Of a stretch of 64,000 nt of DNA, positions 36,171-50,100 are shown piece after piece. A program made the translations under genes and the position numbers. Source of the DNA: Anthoceros angustus (lineage: Eukaryota; Plantae; Anthocerotophyta); assembly GCA_010909165.1 (NCBI GenBank), contig MU008154.1:795478-859477 (forward strand), written 5' to 3'. The notes under the pieces are model-generated. The model searched no databases. It worked only from the letters and a program-made list of their open reading frames with translations, and was not told the origin of the DNA. Position 1 is the stretch's first letter. Each line of letters begins with the position of its first letter.

Positions 36171-38435
36171 CACCGAACGGCAAGTCCCCACGAGGATAGC
36201 CACAGCTACTGCTCCACGCCATGAGGCGGTGACACCGCCTCCAACCTTTGCAAAGGATCCTTGATGGCCATCAGATTATTGTGAAGATGGAGACATGAAC
36301 ACACGCCTCGTGGTGCGAACTACCACTCCACGCCCATTTAGGTTTCCGACGGAAGCTAGCTCCGACACGCCAACATGTCCGTCATACATGGCATAAGGTA
36401 GCAGGAGGCGCCGCAGTGTGCATGTTTCCGAAGGCAGGCTCGCCACGCGAGGATGACCAAGAGAAAGGTAGTAGCGTGAAGCGAGGGCAAGGTGGTGACA
36501 TTTAAAGCGGACCACCACCTTCTGACCTCTTGTGCCCTGTGCCACATCGGGTTGCGGATGAGAGGATCTTGAATTTCAACTGCTCCTTACATGTGACAAA
36601 CCAAACATGGCGCTTTGATGGTCGCCACGACAACAAAGTGATTCTTGGTAAATGCAATGAGTGTGAAGTCGTGCGCGCCATAAAGGAGCGCGAATGCAAG
36701 TTTGTTTTCATGTCTCCTAAGGGCTGGAAACTTTGATTGCGACGCCATAGTGACGTCGAGCCGTCACCCTAGCATGGTGCCGATGCGTGAATACATTATA
36801 CGCCCGCCATGTGACGCGCATGATTGGTGGAGAGAATGGGAGTCTCGAACGATGGACATCATTATCTAGGAGAACGGAATTGGCATATATGGCAAATTCA
36901 CATACGGACGGTCCTTCATTCATGGCATAATGAAAGGGGCATTTAGTTTGCTTGAATGGCTCTCACGTGCCACCCACCGTCCTTGCACAATGGTGTAGAT
37001 GTTGATATAGATTATTACCGAAAGAATAAACAAGGTCTGCCGTTCAAACGACCTTCGACGTGGCATGTTTTCTTCCATGCCATGAGTTTTCAATTATTCT
37101 AATGGCTTGCACCCACCTTCCTTGGACCATGGTGGAGGGAGAATTTTATTTGAGAGAAAGGGAACCATTGTCCTTGGTTCATGGGGGTTGTAAGATGGCC
37201 ATGACCTTGTCATGGCATGGCACTTCCTTGGTCATCGGCCACTCGAAATCGCATTGCAAACACTTGTCCTTGGTCACGAAATGGTCATAAAAAGCGGGGA
37301 CTATATATGGCATGCATGGAGGAATGGCATACGTGGACAAGGAAGGTTTCGTGTTGTGCACGTGCACAAACACGAAGTAGGGGAAGGTGGCATGGCAAGG
37401 CAAGGAGCCGGCATGGCATGCCACAGTCCCCTTCTTGGATGGAAGCACGGCGAAGGATGGTCCTAGCGGCAAGTGAGGTGGGCACGCGTGGAGAATGCGG
37501 ATTCAAAAGTGGAGAGGGTGGATGATCATCGCGTGGAGCGGAGGCGGCGAGAGAGGTGTCTGGAGGGAGCAACTTCCAGCGGTGGAGTCTGCGCCAAAGA
37601 GGAGGACGATCAGAGAAAGCGGCCGCAAGGGAGTGGGTGTCTCTAATAGGTGGGAGCTAACTGGAGCCGCAGGAGAGAATCCAAAACTTTCGGAGGAGGA
37701 ATCGCCAGGCCGTGACATCGGGAGAGGAGGAGGAATTTGGCGTGAGTCCGAGAAAGAGGACTGTGGTGATCGGGAGGAGCATGGTGGTGCCCAAGAGGCC
37801 GACCGTGTGGCGAGAGAGAGGCCATTGGTCTTGTGGACCTTCTGTTCGGTGGCGATGGATAACCCCCAACAACGTGGGAGGAGGATGCCTGTGGAGGGGA
37901 GGAAACTGCTGCCCTGGGAGTGGAGACTGGTCTACTGGAGGAGGCGGTTGCGGAGGCGGGCCAAGGAACGCGTGCATATGATGGTCAGGAGGACGGTGAG
38001 GAGAAGGACACCAGTGGCAGCAATGATGGGGAAAGCGCAAGCGAGGAGGCGGATGTGGAGATGGCGGATGATGAGGTGGAGACTGACATACCGACTACAT
38101 TGCCACTACCTGAAATTGGAGAATTGATGGAGCAGTTGGCCGGTAAGCCACTAGACGACGCGCTGCGTGTTGTGCCGCATGGGCGTGGTGGAGTGTACAT
38201 GGCTGTGAGCCATGCGATGGAGGTTGGGTGGAGAATGAGGAGTTGATGGTTGGTGCGACGTGGTGATATGTAGGACGTGAGCTCTAAGTGATGTGTGTGC
38301 ATGACAGGGGAAGAAGGGAAGGAAAGCGGTGGAAGGTGAAGGCCATGGAAGGAAGGCATGATACTAGTGGAGAGAAGGAAGATGGAGGAAAGGTGGCAAG
38401 CAGGCGTCACCGTCAAGTGATCTTGGAGGCAACGT

Positions 38436-38575
38436 AGATGGTGGGGAACTGGATGTGGGAGCGGAGCGCTGGAGAGATGGTGGGGAACTGGATGTGGGAG
38501 CGGGAGCGGAGAGATGGTGGGGAACCTGGATGTGGGAGCCGGAGCACTGGAGAGATGGTGGGGAACCTGGATGGA
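38436..38575 (+). repeat. Minisatellite, ~37-bp unit x4
   Basis: AGATGGTGGGGAAC(C)TGGATG repeated four times. Confidence 0.9.
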
Positions 38576-39604
38576 TGAGAGAATGCGAGCGCATGCGAAT
38601 GCAACTGAAAACAACCGTGGCGGTGGGCCGTTTGTGGAGGAATGTGAATGTTCGAGCCATTTTCTTGCGACGGAGTCGCCAAGACGTGGGTGGACCGGTG
38701 ATGGTCAATCAGCAACAAACAGATGGAATTGGTATTCCCACCTTTATAGCCTAGCATTTACAGGGTCCTTCGCCGTGAAAGTGGTGATTGAGGCCGGATA
38801 GGTCTAGGAAGTTGTGGAGGAACCACGAAAACAATGGTGTTGGTCTCAAGAGTCACCAAGTGACGCCGCAAGACGACATGGCCATATCACTTGGAAGACG
38901 TACATGTTTGTAGATAAAGCCAATTGCATCGGTGGCAACAAAGCCACCGATGTCGAAAGGGATAGAGGACGCTTGAACTATCCAAAATTCCAATTAATTT
39001 GTCAATAAAATCAAACACTTATATATGCAAGGTATGAGAGTGACGTAAGGGTTAGCACATATATATTACTATATAAACAAGTCTTGACGCCTATATACAT
39101 ACATATATACGTATACAAAGAGGCATATAAATACACTAATATAATATATAACAGATGGATGTGTACATATATATGTACACATACTTACACATACTTATGT
39201 CTTGAAGCCTACAAAACATATATATGTATACAAAGGTATATGCAAAGGAGGTAAAATAGGAAGGGAAGGACAGGAGGAGAGAGGTCATTGTAACAATGTT
39301 GAAAGAGGAATAGGAAGAGTATAAAATGGTTGTGATAGGGAGGTCCTTCTCACCATGAAGGAGGAGGAGAAGTGAAAGAGTATAAAAGGGTGTGATAAGG
39401 GAGCAAAGGTGGTGAGGTGAGAGGAGAGAGACCAAGCATTGTGTTAAGATGGGGTGAGAAGGTGGATAAGAAAAGGACACCATGAACACCAAGCCACCAT
39501 AAAGTGTTGCAATTTTGAAGTGGTACATGAAGTGAGAGACCAAGCATTGTGTTAGGATGGTGGGAGAAGGAAGAGAAGAATGGACCAACTTAACACCAAG
39601 CCAT

Positions 39605-42600
39605 TGTGGAGTGATTTTCTAAACTATGGGTCACAAAGAGGCCACATTTACCCTCTTTATCGTTGTAGACTTGAGATTCAGACTTGGTGGAGTGATTTCG
39701 TGTCAAGACAACCAAACATAGCCAATCCAACCAAACACGGACATACAAAACATCTAGCAGCTACGACTGCTACTATCCTAACAACACTCGGACACATGGC
39801 TATCTTAGCCACACTCGTTACCTTAGCAACGGACGACCATTGCTATCTTAGCAACCACCCTCTATTTTAGCAGAGTGGGACCCATCTCGGGTTCGGGCGG
39901 CTATTAATAGAAGGTGGGGCCCACTTGGGGTCCAAGTGGATAAGATTGGACACCTCTCTTATCCTTCCACAAAGTCGATCCACCAATGTGGTTGCCGATC
40001 ACACAACCCACCTCCTTACTCGTAACACTTCCCGGATCTCTCTTTCTTCCCTCCAACCTTTCAGCTTTCCTCCCAAGCTTCATACAGTCCTCCCAGCCTC
40101 ACCCGAGGTACCTCTTGCATCTCTCTCCATACTCCCCAAGTTCCTCTGCAACTCCTTCCGCTCCTTGTTCTCACACCTCACGGCCTCATTCAATCCCCAC
40201 TTTCTCAAGAAACATCACTTGACTTCTCCAATCCCTCTTACTTCTCTCCACACCAATCAAGAACTCCCCATGTTCACTGTTCCACTCCTCTCACAGTTCA
40301 CTTTTCGCTCACATTTTCCAAGCATACAAACCCGGACTCGTCTCACTTGACCTTCTCTTCCACCCACAGCTCCTTGTCTCCTTTTCCCACATGACCTCGA
40401 CACCTGAAAACTCAACACAAGGTGAGTACTAGACAAGTCAAGAGAATGAGTAAGAGAATGGATGCCTCCCGGCTTCACAATCCCCTTCCTCTTATCCTTG
40501 GGAACTCCTCCAAGGAGACCAGTGTCTCCTCCCTTGCTTTCCACCACTCTTGCGGATCCGGTCACGATCCGGGCAACTTGGTAGTCTTCTCGGCTCCTCC
40601 TCGGATGTAGAAATGCTAGACTCACGACTGGATCCGGTACCCCCAAACCCCGTGCTCACCCCAAACACCGAGACTTTAGGCCAACATTGCTTACATTTCA
40701 TCAAGAGGCTGCCTCTTATACCCAAGATCACCCACAAAGTAGGCTGCTTGCCAAAATACCAATCGTCTTAGTCTACCAAGCCTAGAGGCCTATCTCTTAA
40801 TTCTATCCACTATGAGGAAGATTAGTCTATAACACATGGGCCTTCATCTATTTCGAGGCCACTTACCCCTATTATCCCTCCACAGGCCTCCCCTAGCCCC
40901 ATGTTCTCCTCTTGCTCTCCTCTTGGCTGGTTGGGCAATCTCTCCCACAAGATCTCCACCTCCTCGAGCTGGACTCCTCCCTCTCTTGCTCGCCCGCCTT
41001 TGGTACTCCTCCTCGGTGAGCTCTTGAATCCTGGATGGGTCGGTGAAAGTCTCCCGTAAGAGTCCAACCCATAGGTAGGATCCGGTGCGTCAAGGCATGG
41101 ATCAAGTACCTCCATGTCCCCCGCTCCCCACAACTGTTTGTCCTCCTCCCACAGTCTTCTTTGCCTTGCTCAACTTGCGTGGCTTTGGTCTTGGAGCTTA
41201 TTCAGTTGTTGCTTCCCTAGCAGTGCAGCTTGCTTCCCTATAGCAACCGGCGGTTGCCTTAGCAACCTCCTCATTTGCTAACTTTCAGCAGATTCTTCCA
41301 TAGGAGCCTCGCCTCTTCCACGGTGGCCCTCCTTGCAATCCACAGCCCTCTTGGCCTCCTTCCGACCTTTCCTAGCCTCGTCCCTCTCCAGCTCGTGACA
41401 GCCTCCTCCTCGGTGAGCTCTTGAATCTGGATGGGTCGGCCGAGAGTCTCCTCAAGAGTCCAACCCATAGGTAGGATCCAAAGGTCTGCGTTGCATGGAT
41501 CAAGTACCTCATGTCCGCCCCCTCGGCCTGCTTTGTCCTCCTCCGGTCTCCCCCTTTCTTCCTTCCTGGCTTTGGTCTTGGAGCTTGTTACGCTTCCCTA
41601 GCAGTGCAGGCTGTTGCTTCCCTAGCAACCGGCGGTTGCTTGCTTAGCAACCTCCTCATTTGCTAACTCGGCAATGATTCTTCCATAGGAGCCTCGCCTC
41701 TTCCACGGTGGCCCTCCTTGCAATCCTGGCCCTCTTGGCCTCCTTCCAGCCTTTCCTAGCCTCGTCCCTCTCCTTCTGTAGCGCTCAGCGAGGGCATCCG
41801 AGGTTTCAGCCTACACTTGTGCATCCGAAATAACATTCGCAGCCTCCTATGGTGCTCGTGTCGGAGAGCGAGCCATGAGGCTTCTGGTCCTTAGACTTAC
41901 GCAACTCCTCTCGGACCTTCCCTATTTCCACTTCCAAGCTTAGGCGTCCCTCCAAAACCTCCTTCTCCTTCTTCATCTTGGAGCTCTCCGCTCCTTGTTG
42001 CTTCCCCTCACGCTGTAAACCTAACAAGGAGAGGACCGAGCTATCGATCTTCCATCTCGCCCACAGTGCGTGCCATAGCTGAAACCAACTCCGAGGGTGA
42101 TGTTAGGTCCCAGACCTTCTTTGGGAATGGGCTCCTCCTTCCTATCTGTCATGACCGTCACAACTTCCGGTATACTTGAAAGCCACGCTGAAGTAGTCAC
42201 TTTCTCGGACCCCGCCGGGCCGTGCCCAAGGGTTGGTGATTCCTCCTTGCTCTGTGGTTTCCCCAGCCCCGGGATATTGGTGCTGCCCAGCCTTGCCCTT
42301 GTCTTGCTTCCTGTGTGAGCTCCCGTGCGCTCTTGTGGCTCTAGGTGTTGTTGGAGTCCCGTTGCTCCCCGGCTCCTCTTGGTACTGTTGGGGCCTTAGC
42401 AAGCTAGTTGCCTTGTTAGCAACGCTACCTTAGCCACGGTCACATTCCTTTTCATGGACACTTGGACTTCTCATCTTCACTCCCCGGCCACCGGAGATGG
42501 CCTCTTCCTCCGACTCCTCTTTGGGCTTCCTTCTTTCAAACACGGCCTCCAAATGAAAGGTGAGACCATCTCCATTCCCTCCAAAGAAGGCATGGTCAAA

Positions 42601-44121
42601 ACGTGGATTAAGAAGGAGATAGAGCTGAGGGGCTAGGTGATGGTAGGGTCAAGTGGTCCCTCTCCTCACTGTGTCATAGAACATCGGCCCAATCTATCTT
42701 GGACCCTCTCACCACCTCATAGAGAAAGACAAGGAAATGGTCGAATGTGCTTCTTAGTGAGCCGAGAGCAGGATCCACTGGCTAATCCAGCTCGAGGTCT
42801 AGCTTGTTGGTGACCCAGCCATTCTCCACTCTAGACAATGTGGGAGCAATGACCGCTTGTGCCTCCTGCGACTTTTGAGGAGATGGTTTCTGAAAGGGTC
42901 AATGATTATCCCGCCACATTCCTCTTGGTCTCTCATAAACAGCCAACAAATATTCCAGTGCGGGGTTGGTCCTCACGTTGCCTTCCCCAATGGCCTTCTC
43001 CCTCATGCGCTCTGCACACTCCAAAACCAACGAGGGGCTATTGTAGCACCACTTTTTGTCCATGAAGGACGGTGATGCTTAGCCACCAAAGACCCCGCCT
43101 TCACTCTCCGATTGCCCCATATTGGGCCATTGGATCGTAATGGCCTCAATGGCGGCCGGAGTATTCTTCTTAGGCGCCATGCTCCTGTCCAAATTCACGC
43201 TTAGCCACAGCAAAGAGGATCCAGAACACACGGCTTCTCTCACGTGGAGTGTCTGCCTGATTTTACCGGAATCGCAATCACTTAAGCGGACCTCTGCGGC
43301 CCGCCCCTATCCGCTCGGTGACCGGCTTCGATTATTCCAGCCCTCGCACTCTGCTCCACTCTACTGATGCCCAACGACCCTTGTGGCGTGACCATGCTCC
43401 CCGCTTCCCTCGGTTATAAGAATCCCTATGTTTTCCGGACACCTCGACCGCGTGCTGTCTCCACCACACCCCGCTTTTCCACCAATTTTGCGCAGCCTTG
43501 CCACTTCACGGCCCCTATCCAACCCACCGTGCTCTTCAACTTCACACCACCGCAGCTGAACTGGCCCGCCTCCGCCCTCCGCATCCTCCGGACTGCCACC
43601 AATCTCTTGGTCCTCTCCTGTCCACTGATGCCTTCATGATCACTCGGCCACCGCCCTTGTGTCTCCGGCTCGCCTCCGGCCTCCACAATTACGCCCGAGC
43701 TTGGCGGCGGGCGCCGTCTTCAATCCGCTGGATTCGATGCAAATCCTCTTCCGCCACTTCTTAATTGCCAATAGGACCCCTTACTTTTGGGTATTCCTTG
43801 TAATTCCATCGATTGGATTTTCGAAGTCATTGGAAAGAAACTCCAACTTGGTTGCTACCATAGCAACAGCTCCCGAGTCGGTTGTGGTCATAGCAGTGTA
43901 GCAACGGCCCTAGCAACGCGTTAGCAACGGTCGAGCAGCCAACCCTCCGAGGTTACATCCGGGATCGGGACTAGACCTCTTCCTCCTACTAGGCTCTAGT
44001 AGACTTTTCTTATTTCCTAACCTACTTCACATTCCAACTCCACACGATTCTCACAACTTAAACACAAAACAAAAAAAACACTCCTTTCCGAGGGGGTCTG
44101 AGTACCCATGTGGTCACCACA
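39605..44121 (-). repeat. 3' LTR (4517 bp)
   Basis: Starts TGTGG, ends CCACA; colinear with 52068-57458; PPT adjacent. Confidence 0.9.
40822..43180 (-). pseudogene. LTR-embedded accessory ORF (Transposase_32-like plus coiled coil), frameshifted
   Basis: ATG MAPKKNTP at 43180; KKWCYNSPSLVLEC; FDHFLVFLYEVVRGSKIDWA; coiled coil EKEVLEGRL..EIGKVREELRK; homologous to 21914-23843. Confidence 0.75.
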
Positions 44122-44134
44122 TACTCCCCTTCTC
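44122..44134 (-). promoter_or_regulatory. Polypurine tract
   Basis: GAGAAGGGGAGTA directly before the TGTGG of the 3' LTR on the minus strand. Confidence 0.85.
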
Positions 44135-44156
44135 ATTTGTTGGCGTCCCCGCCAAC

Positions 44157-47100
44157 TTATTGGTAATACTTCTTCACGCGCCAACCATTGACCCTGGTTG
44201 GCAACAGGGGTCCATCAAGTTGCTGCAGCTGTATGGATCCATTGTCGAACACTTGCAGCACCCTGTAGGGACCCATCCATCTAAGATGCAGCTTCCCAGG
44301 GAAGTGCATGTACCTGTTGTCATACAGCAACGCCAAGTCCCCCGGAACAACGTACTCTTGTTTTTGCGACTTAGGTCATGCCATTCCTTCCTCTTCCCTT
44401 GACGCTCAGGGACGCCAAGGCTTGTTCCCTGTTCTCCATGTGCTGAACAAAGCCTATGAGCCTCTCCAACTGGCTCTCCTCCACCGTCATCCTCCTATGC
44501 TCCTGGACTCTCAACGTTGGCACTTCAAACTCAATGGGCATGACTGGTGAGTGCCCATAGGTGAGGTAGTAGGGGGTCTGTTGTGTGGTCACCTTCTCCG
44601 CTGTCCTGTACGCCCACAACGCTGAGTGAAGCTTCCGGTCCCAATCGTAGGTGTAGGTGATGGTCAACTTGTTGAGGATCCTGCAAAGCAATCCATTAGC
44701 TTTCTCCGTGAGTCCATTCGCCTTGGGGTTGTAGGGGGTGGTCTTCCTGTGGCTGATGTTGAAGTACTTCACCATGTGTGAGATCACCTCGTTGATGAAA
44801 TGGGTGCCGCTAACTCCAACGGGCACCCGTACCTTGTGATGATGTACTCGAACAAGAACCTGGCCACCACATTCGCTGTGTCCACAGGCAAGGCTTGAGC
44901 TTCCACCATGCGGGTACAGTAGTCCGTTGCTACCAGAATATATTGATTCTGGCTCCCCTTGGTCTTGGGGTTGAATCATTGAAGTCAATCCCCACTTTTC
45001 AAAGGCGCCAAGGCTAGGATAGGGACCAATGGCCTTTGTGTGGTCTGGTTGGCTTTCCCAACCCTTTGACATGCATCATAGCTTGATGAACTCCCTAGCA
45101 TCTAGGTGCAAGGTTGGCCACCAATACCACCTCCAAGATCTTCTTACAGTCACGTTGGCGTAGTGACCTCCGGCCTCCTCCTCATGCAAGGCGAGAACCC
45201 GGTCCTTTGACCATCCTTGACCCACAACCTCTCAACTCCATCGGCCCTACTGCAGGCTTGTCTCGCTTAACAGTGCGGAAGTATAGGAACAACCTCTTCT
45301 TGTTGTGGCCCGTTGGTATCGACTGTTGCTAAAAGCGAAAGACCTCCTCATAGGGTGGCTGCAAAACTTCTCCCTCCCTTCTCATTTGGTCTGTACCTCC
45401 GTTTCCGATCAACTTGGCATTGGGCCTAGCACTCTCCATCCTCCTCCGAAAGCTTCATCCGGAAAATGATCTTCTTGATCACGCTCCACCTTCTCCGTCT
45501 TCAAGCGGGACAAGTAGTCAGCATTCATATGCTTCTTCCCCTCACGTGTCTCCACCGTGAATGTGAACTCTTGCAACAGCAAGATCCAACGAGCTATGCG
45601 ACCCGAAAGATCCGCCTTGTTGACAAGATGCTTGAGAGCAAAATGGTCACACGAACAACACGGAACACGAACACGAACTCATAGGAGAGGAGATAATGAC
45701 GAAACTTCTTCTTGAATACACCATGCAAGGGCTTCCCTTTCGATTGTTGTGTACTTGCGCTCCTCGGTGAGTTGTCCTGCGTAGTAGATTGGGTAGTCCC
45801 TCTTCTTGTCATCCGTGGCTACCAATGGCGGCGGAAACATCACGTACACATGGAACTTCTTGTTCGATCCGGTCCCTTGAGGGTTGTTACCAACGTGGTC
45901 CTCAAATCTTGAAATCTTGCCTCCCTCTCTTTGTCGGTCCACTCTTGGTCCTTCCTCAACAAGCTGGTCAAGTGAGCAGCCCTCCCTAGCAAAGTTAGGC
46001 ACAAAGCGTCGGTAGTAGCCCACCATGCCAAGGAACCCCGGAGTTCCTTGAGAGTTGGAGCTTCGGGGCAACAATCATCTTCACCTTATGCGGATCAACT
46101 TGATGCCCGTCTTTGAATCGCCCAAGTCTAATCCCCACTTTTCAAAGGCGCCAAGGCTAGGATAGGGACCAATGGCCTTTGTGTGGTCTGGTTGGCTTCA
46201 ACCCTTTGACATGCATCACAACGCTTGATGAACTCCCTAGCATCTATGTGCAAGGTTGGCCACCAATACCACCTCCAAGATCTTCTTACAGTCACGTTGG
46301 CGTAGTGACCTCCACCTCCTCCTCATGCAAGGCGCGAGAACCCGGTCCTTTGACCATCCTTGACCCACAACCTCTCAACTCCATCGGCCTACCATCTTGT
46401 CTCGCTTAACAGCAGTGCGGAAGTATAGAACAACCTCTGCAGACAGTTGTATCCGACTGTTGCTAAAAGCGAAAGACCTCCTCATAGGCTGCAAAACTTC
46501 TCCCTCCCTTCTCATTTGTGCTCTGCTTTTCCATCAACTTGGCATTGGGCCTAGCACTCCTCATCCTCCTCCAAAGAAGAAAGCTTCATCCGGAAAATGA
46601 TCTTCTTGATCACGCTCCACCTTCTCCGTCTTCAAGGGACAAGTAGTCGATTCACATGCTTCTTCCCCTCACGTGTCTCCACCGTGAATGTGAACTCTCA
46701 ACAAGAAGATCCAACGAGCTATGCGACGAAGATCCGCCTTGTTGACAAGATGCTTGAGAGCAAAATGGTCAACATGGAACACGAACTCATAGGAGAGGAG
46801 ATAATGAAACTTCATCGAATACACCATCCCAAGGGCTTCCCTTTCGGTTGTTGTGTACTTGCGCTCCGCATCGGTGAGTTGCCGCCTGCGTAGTAGATTG
46901 GGTAGTCCCTCTTCTTGTCATCCACTGGCTCAAGACGTACCAATGGCGGCGGAAACATCACGTACACATGGAACTTCTTGTTCTTCCGGTCCCTTGAGGG
47001 TTGGGGTTACCAACGTGGTCCTCAAATCTTGAAATCTGCCTCCTCTCACCGTCTCCCCACTTGATCCTTCCTCAACAAGCTGGTCAGTGAGCAGCCCTCC

Positions 47101-50100
47101 TAGCAAAGTTAGGCACAAAGCGTAGTAGCCCACCATGCCAAGGAACCCCGAGTTCCTTGAGAGTTGTTGGAGCTTGGGCAACAATCATCTTCACCTTGTC
47201 GGATCAACTTGATGCCCGTCTTTGAAATTATGCCCCAACAAAATCCCTCCGCATGCCAAAGTAGCATTTCTCGGGATGTAGGCAAAGTTGAGTTTCACGA
47301 CACCTCGCCAAGCACTGCCGCAAGTGATCCAGGTGCTCCTCCACACTCCCAAACACACAAAATCATCTAGGAATACCTCCATGAACTTGTGGAGATACTC
47401 CTTGAAGATCTCAACCATGCTCCGCATGAAGGAACCCGGCGCTCCTGTCAATCCGAACGCACTCCTCTTGTATGCGAAGGTCCCCCAATCCGTTGTGAAG
47501 GCTGTTAGAGGCCAGTCACTCTCCCTTAAGTGCAGCTGATTGTACCCAGAGTACCCGTCAAGAACGAGTACACACATCTTCCGACCACCAAGTCCGGGAT
47601 GTTGTCGATGAATGGCGAGGAATGGTCCTTCTTGGTTGCTTTGTTGAGCTTCCTCCATCTTGGCATACTCGAATCTTTCCGGTGCTTCTTAGGAACCACA
47701 ACAATTGGAGCCACCCACTCGTGTTCACGATTGGATAGATGACGCCCTTCAAGTACAATTCAAGCTGCTCCTTCACCTTGTGAGTACTTTGGGTTCATTG
47801 TATTGGGAATTCGACGGGAGTCGCTCACGGCTCCAAATCGATCCTATGCTCCCCACTTCTTGGGAATCCCTTCATATCTCACACAAAGGCAAACACGATG
47901 AACGAAGGAGCGTTTCATTCCTTCTTCCAACGCTGGTTCCAGTGCAAACTTCAGCACCTTCCGGGCAACACCTCCACATCCTTAATCTCGTCCGCTTGTA
48001 CCCATTCTCGCTCCACGGTCTGAACTCTCACCAAACCCTTCCTCCGGTTCACGAGGTCCTCTTCCCTCATCCCCACTCCCTAAATAGGTCCTCGAGGTGA
48101 ATCGAATGATCTCGGCTCTCCCTTTCACTCCTTGATTCTTCCTTCCTTAGCAACCGCCTGTAATCACCGTTTCCTTAGCAATCGCCTTGTTAGCAACGGT
48201 GGTGCTGCCGCCTCCTCTCAGGGGTCCTCCATGAACCAAAGCGGTCCACCAAATTGAGGGAGTAAGGGATATCCCTCCTATACTCTTCCTCCTCATCGAC
48301 CATGCGATATGTGCAAAAGGAAATTTGTCCAGTTCCCCTTCTTCCTCCAGTCGGATGTTTCTCCAGATGTATCCTTCCGTTCTTTGTAGGAGTCTCCCCA
48401 CGAGGTATCCTGCTCCAACTCAAACAAATTCGCCTCCTTCGTCTTGGGGTCCCAATCCATTGGCTTAAAAGCCACTTCCTTCCTCCCCAAGTCATCTTGC
48501 ATCTTGAGCCATACCAGTCCTTCCCAATAGGATGTCATACCACGGCGCCTTGTGCCGGATAACCACATAGTCCATGAGATAGGGAATGGTCCCTATGATG
48601 GTGGTTACTCCTTGCCTCCCACAGTGCATTTTTGACATGTCACCAATCTCGACCTTTTGGTGGTATGCTCAATGTCCAACCCAAGCTTCCTCATTGTCCT
48701 TCCGTCATGATGTTCACCGGATCCGGTATCCAAGGAACCCGCTTGATGACCGGCGATCTCCACTTGCGACTCCGGCCCTTGGTCTATCATGGACACTAGG
48801 TTGGTAGAGCACCCTTGGTCTGGCTTGGGCAATCGCCTCTTCCTCTTGGGTTGCGCTTCTTGCAAGGCCTTAGAACTTGTTGCACTTGGGTTGTCCTTCA
48901 ATAGTTGACCAAGCGTGATGGCAAATTGCGATCCATGATGGCTTGGCAAGGTTAAATGGTCCTCGATCGGTCCCTCCTTCTTCCCAGCGATCGCGGTTGC
49001 TCCTTCATGATGTTCACCGGATCCGATCCGGGGAACTTGATGACGCGACGATCTCCACTTGCGCTCCGGCCCTTGGTCTATCATGGACACTAGGTTGATC
49101 AGGGGTGGCACCCTTGGTCTGGCTTGGGCAATCGCCTCTTCCTCTTGGGTTGCGCTTCTTGCAAGGCCCTCCGAACTTGTTGCCTGTACTTCGGGTTGTC
49201 CTTCAATAGTTGACCAAACGTAATAGCAAATTGCTGATCCATGATGGCTTCAGCAAGGTTAAATGGTCCTCCAGTCAGTCCCTCCTTCTTCCCAACAGTC
49301 GCGGTTGCTCCCTTAGCAACAACGTTGCTTGTTAGCAACCTTAGCAACGCGGTTGCTAACTCGAGGACTTCTGCGTCCGGGATCACAGCTCGGCGTTTTG
49401 TTTGTCTTGGTCAATTCCTCCTCTATCATCTCCATGACTTCCGACGTCCGGTGGAAACTCGGGTTTCCTCTCCCTTTTCTTTGGAACTTCTTCTCCAGAT
49501 GGCCCCAGGCGATTCACTCCTTGATTCTTCCTTCTGGGTTCTCCTTCTCAAGTGTCTCCTCTAGATCCGTTCCTCCGGGCTTGGAGTGCTCTCTCTGACT
49601 TTGTGGTGATTCCACCTCCGTCTCTTTCTTCTTCCGCAGCTTCCTCCTAGCTTTTCACTCCTAGTGCGCATGACCATGGTCAGCCTCTCCGTAGTAGTCT
49701 CTCCACACCCCACCCATCTAGCTCCCGAACACCATGGCTGCATCCTCCCAAACGCCATAAGGGCATCCTCCACGTGCATGGCGGCCCTTGAGGTGATGCT
49801 GTTGAACTCTGTCACGGTGGTTGAGCAATTGAGCAGTCTTCCTCGGTTTGGGCAAGTGACACTCCCGCTACATGACCACATTGTTTGCGCCTTGTACGTA
49901 GTCACCATTGGCTTTGTCGATGAGCAGCTATTTGCATAATGACCAAAGCCCCTGTAGCTGAACCACCTGCTTGCTTGGTTAGCAACCACAGGCACTTGTT
50001 ACGAATGCCCCCATGGAATTTCGCAGCATCGATGGATGGGCGTCTTGGGTCTGTTGTCCTTGGGAAACCTCCGGATCCGGTAGGTATCCTCCAGCGATCC

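Noticed and set aside
43851-43867. RFX X-box regulation
   Set aside because: The motif resembles an X-box, but RFX factors are not known from plants; kept only as an unassigned motif.
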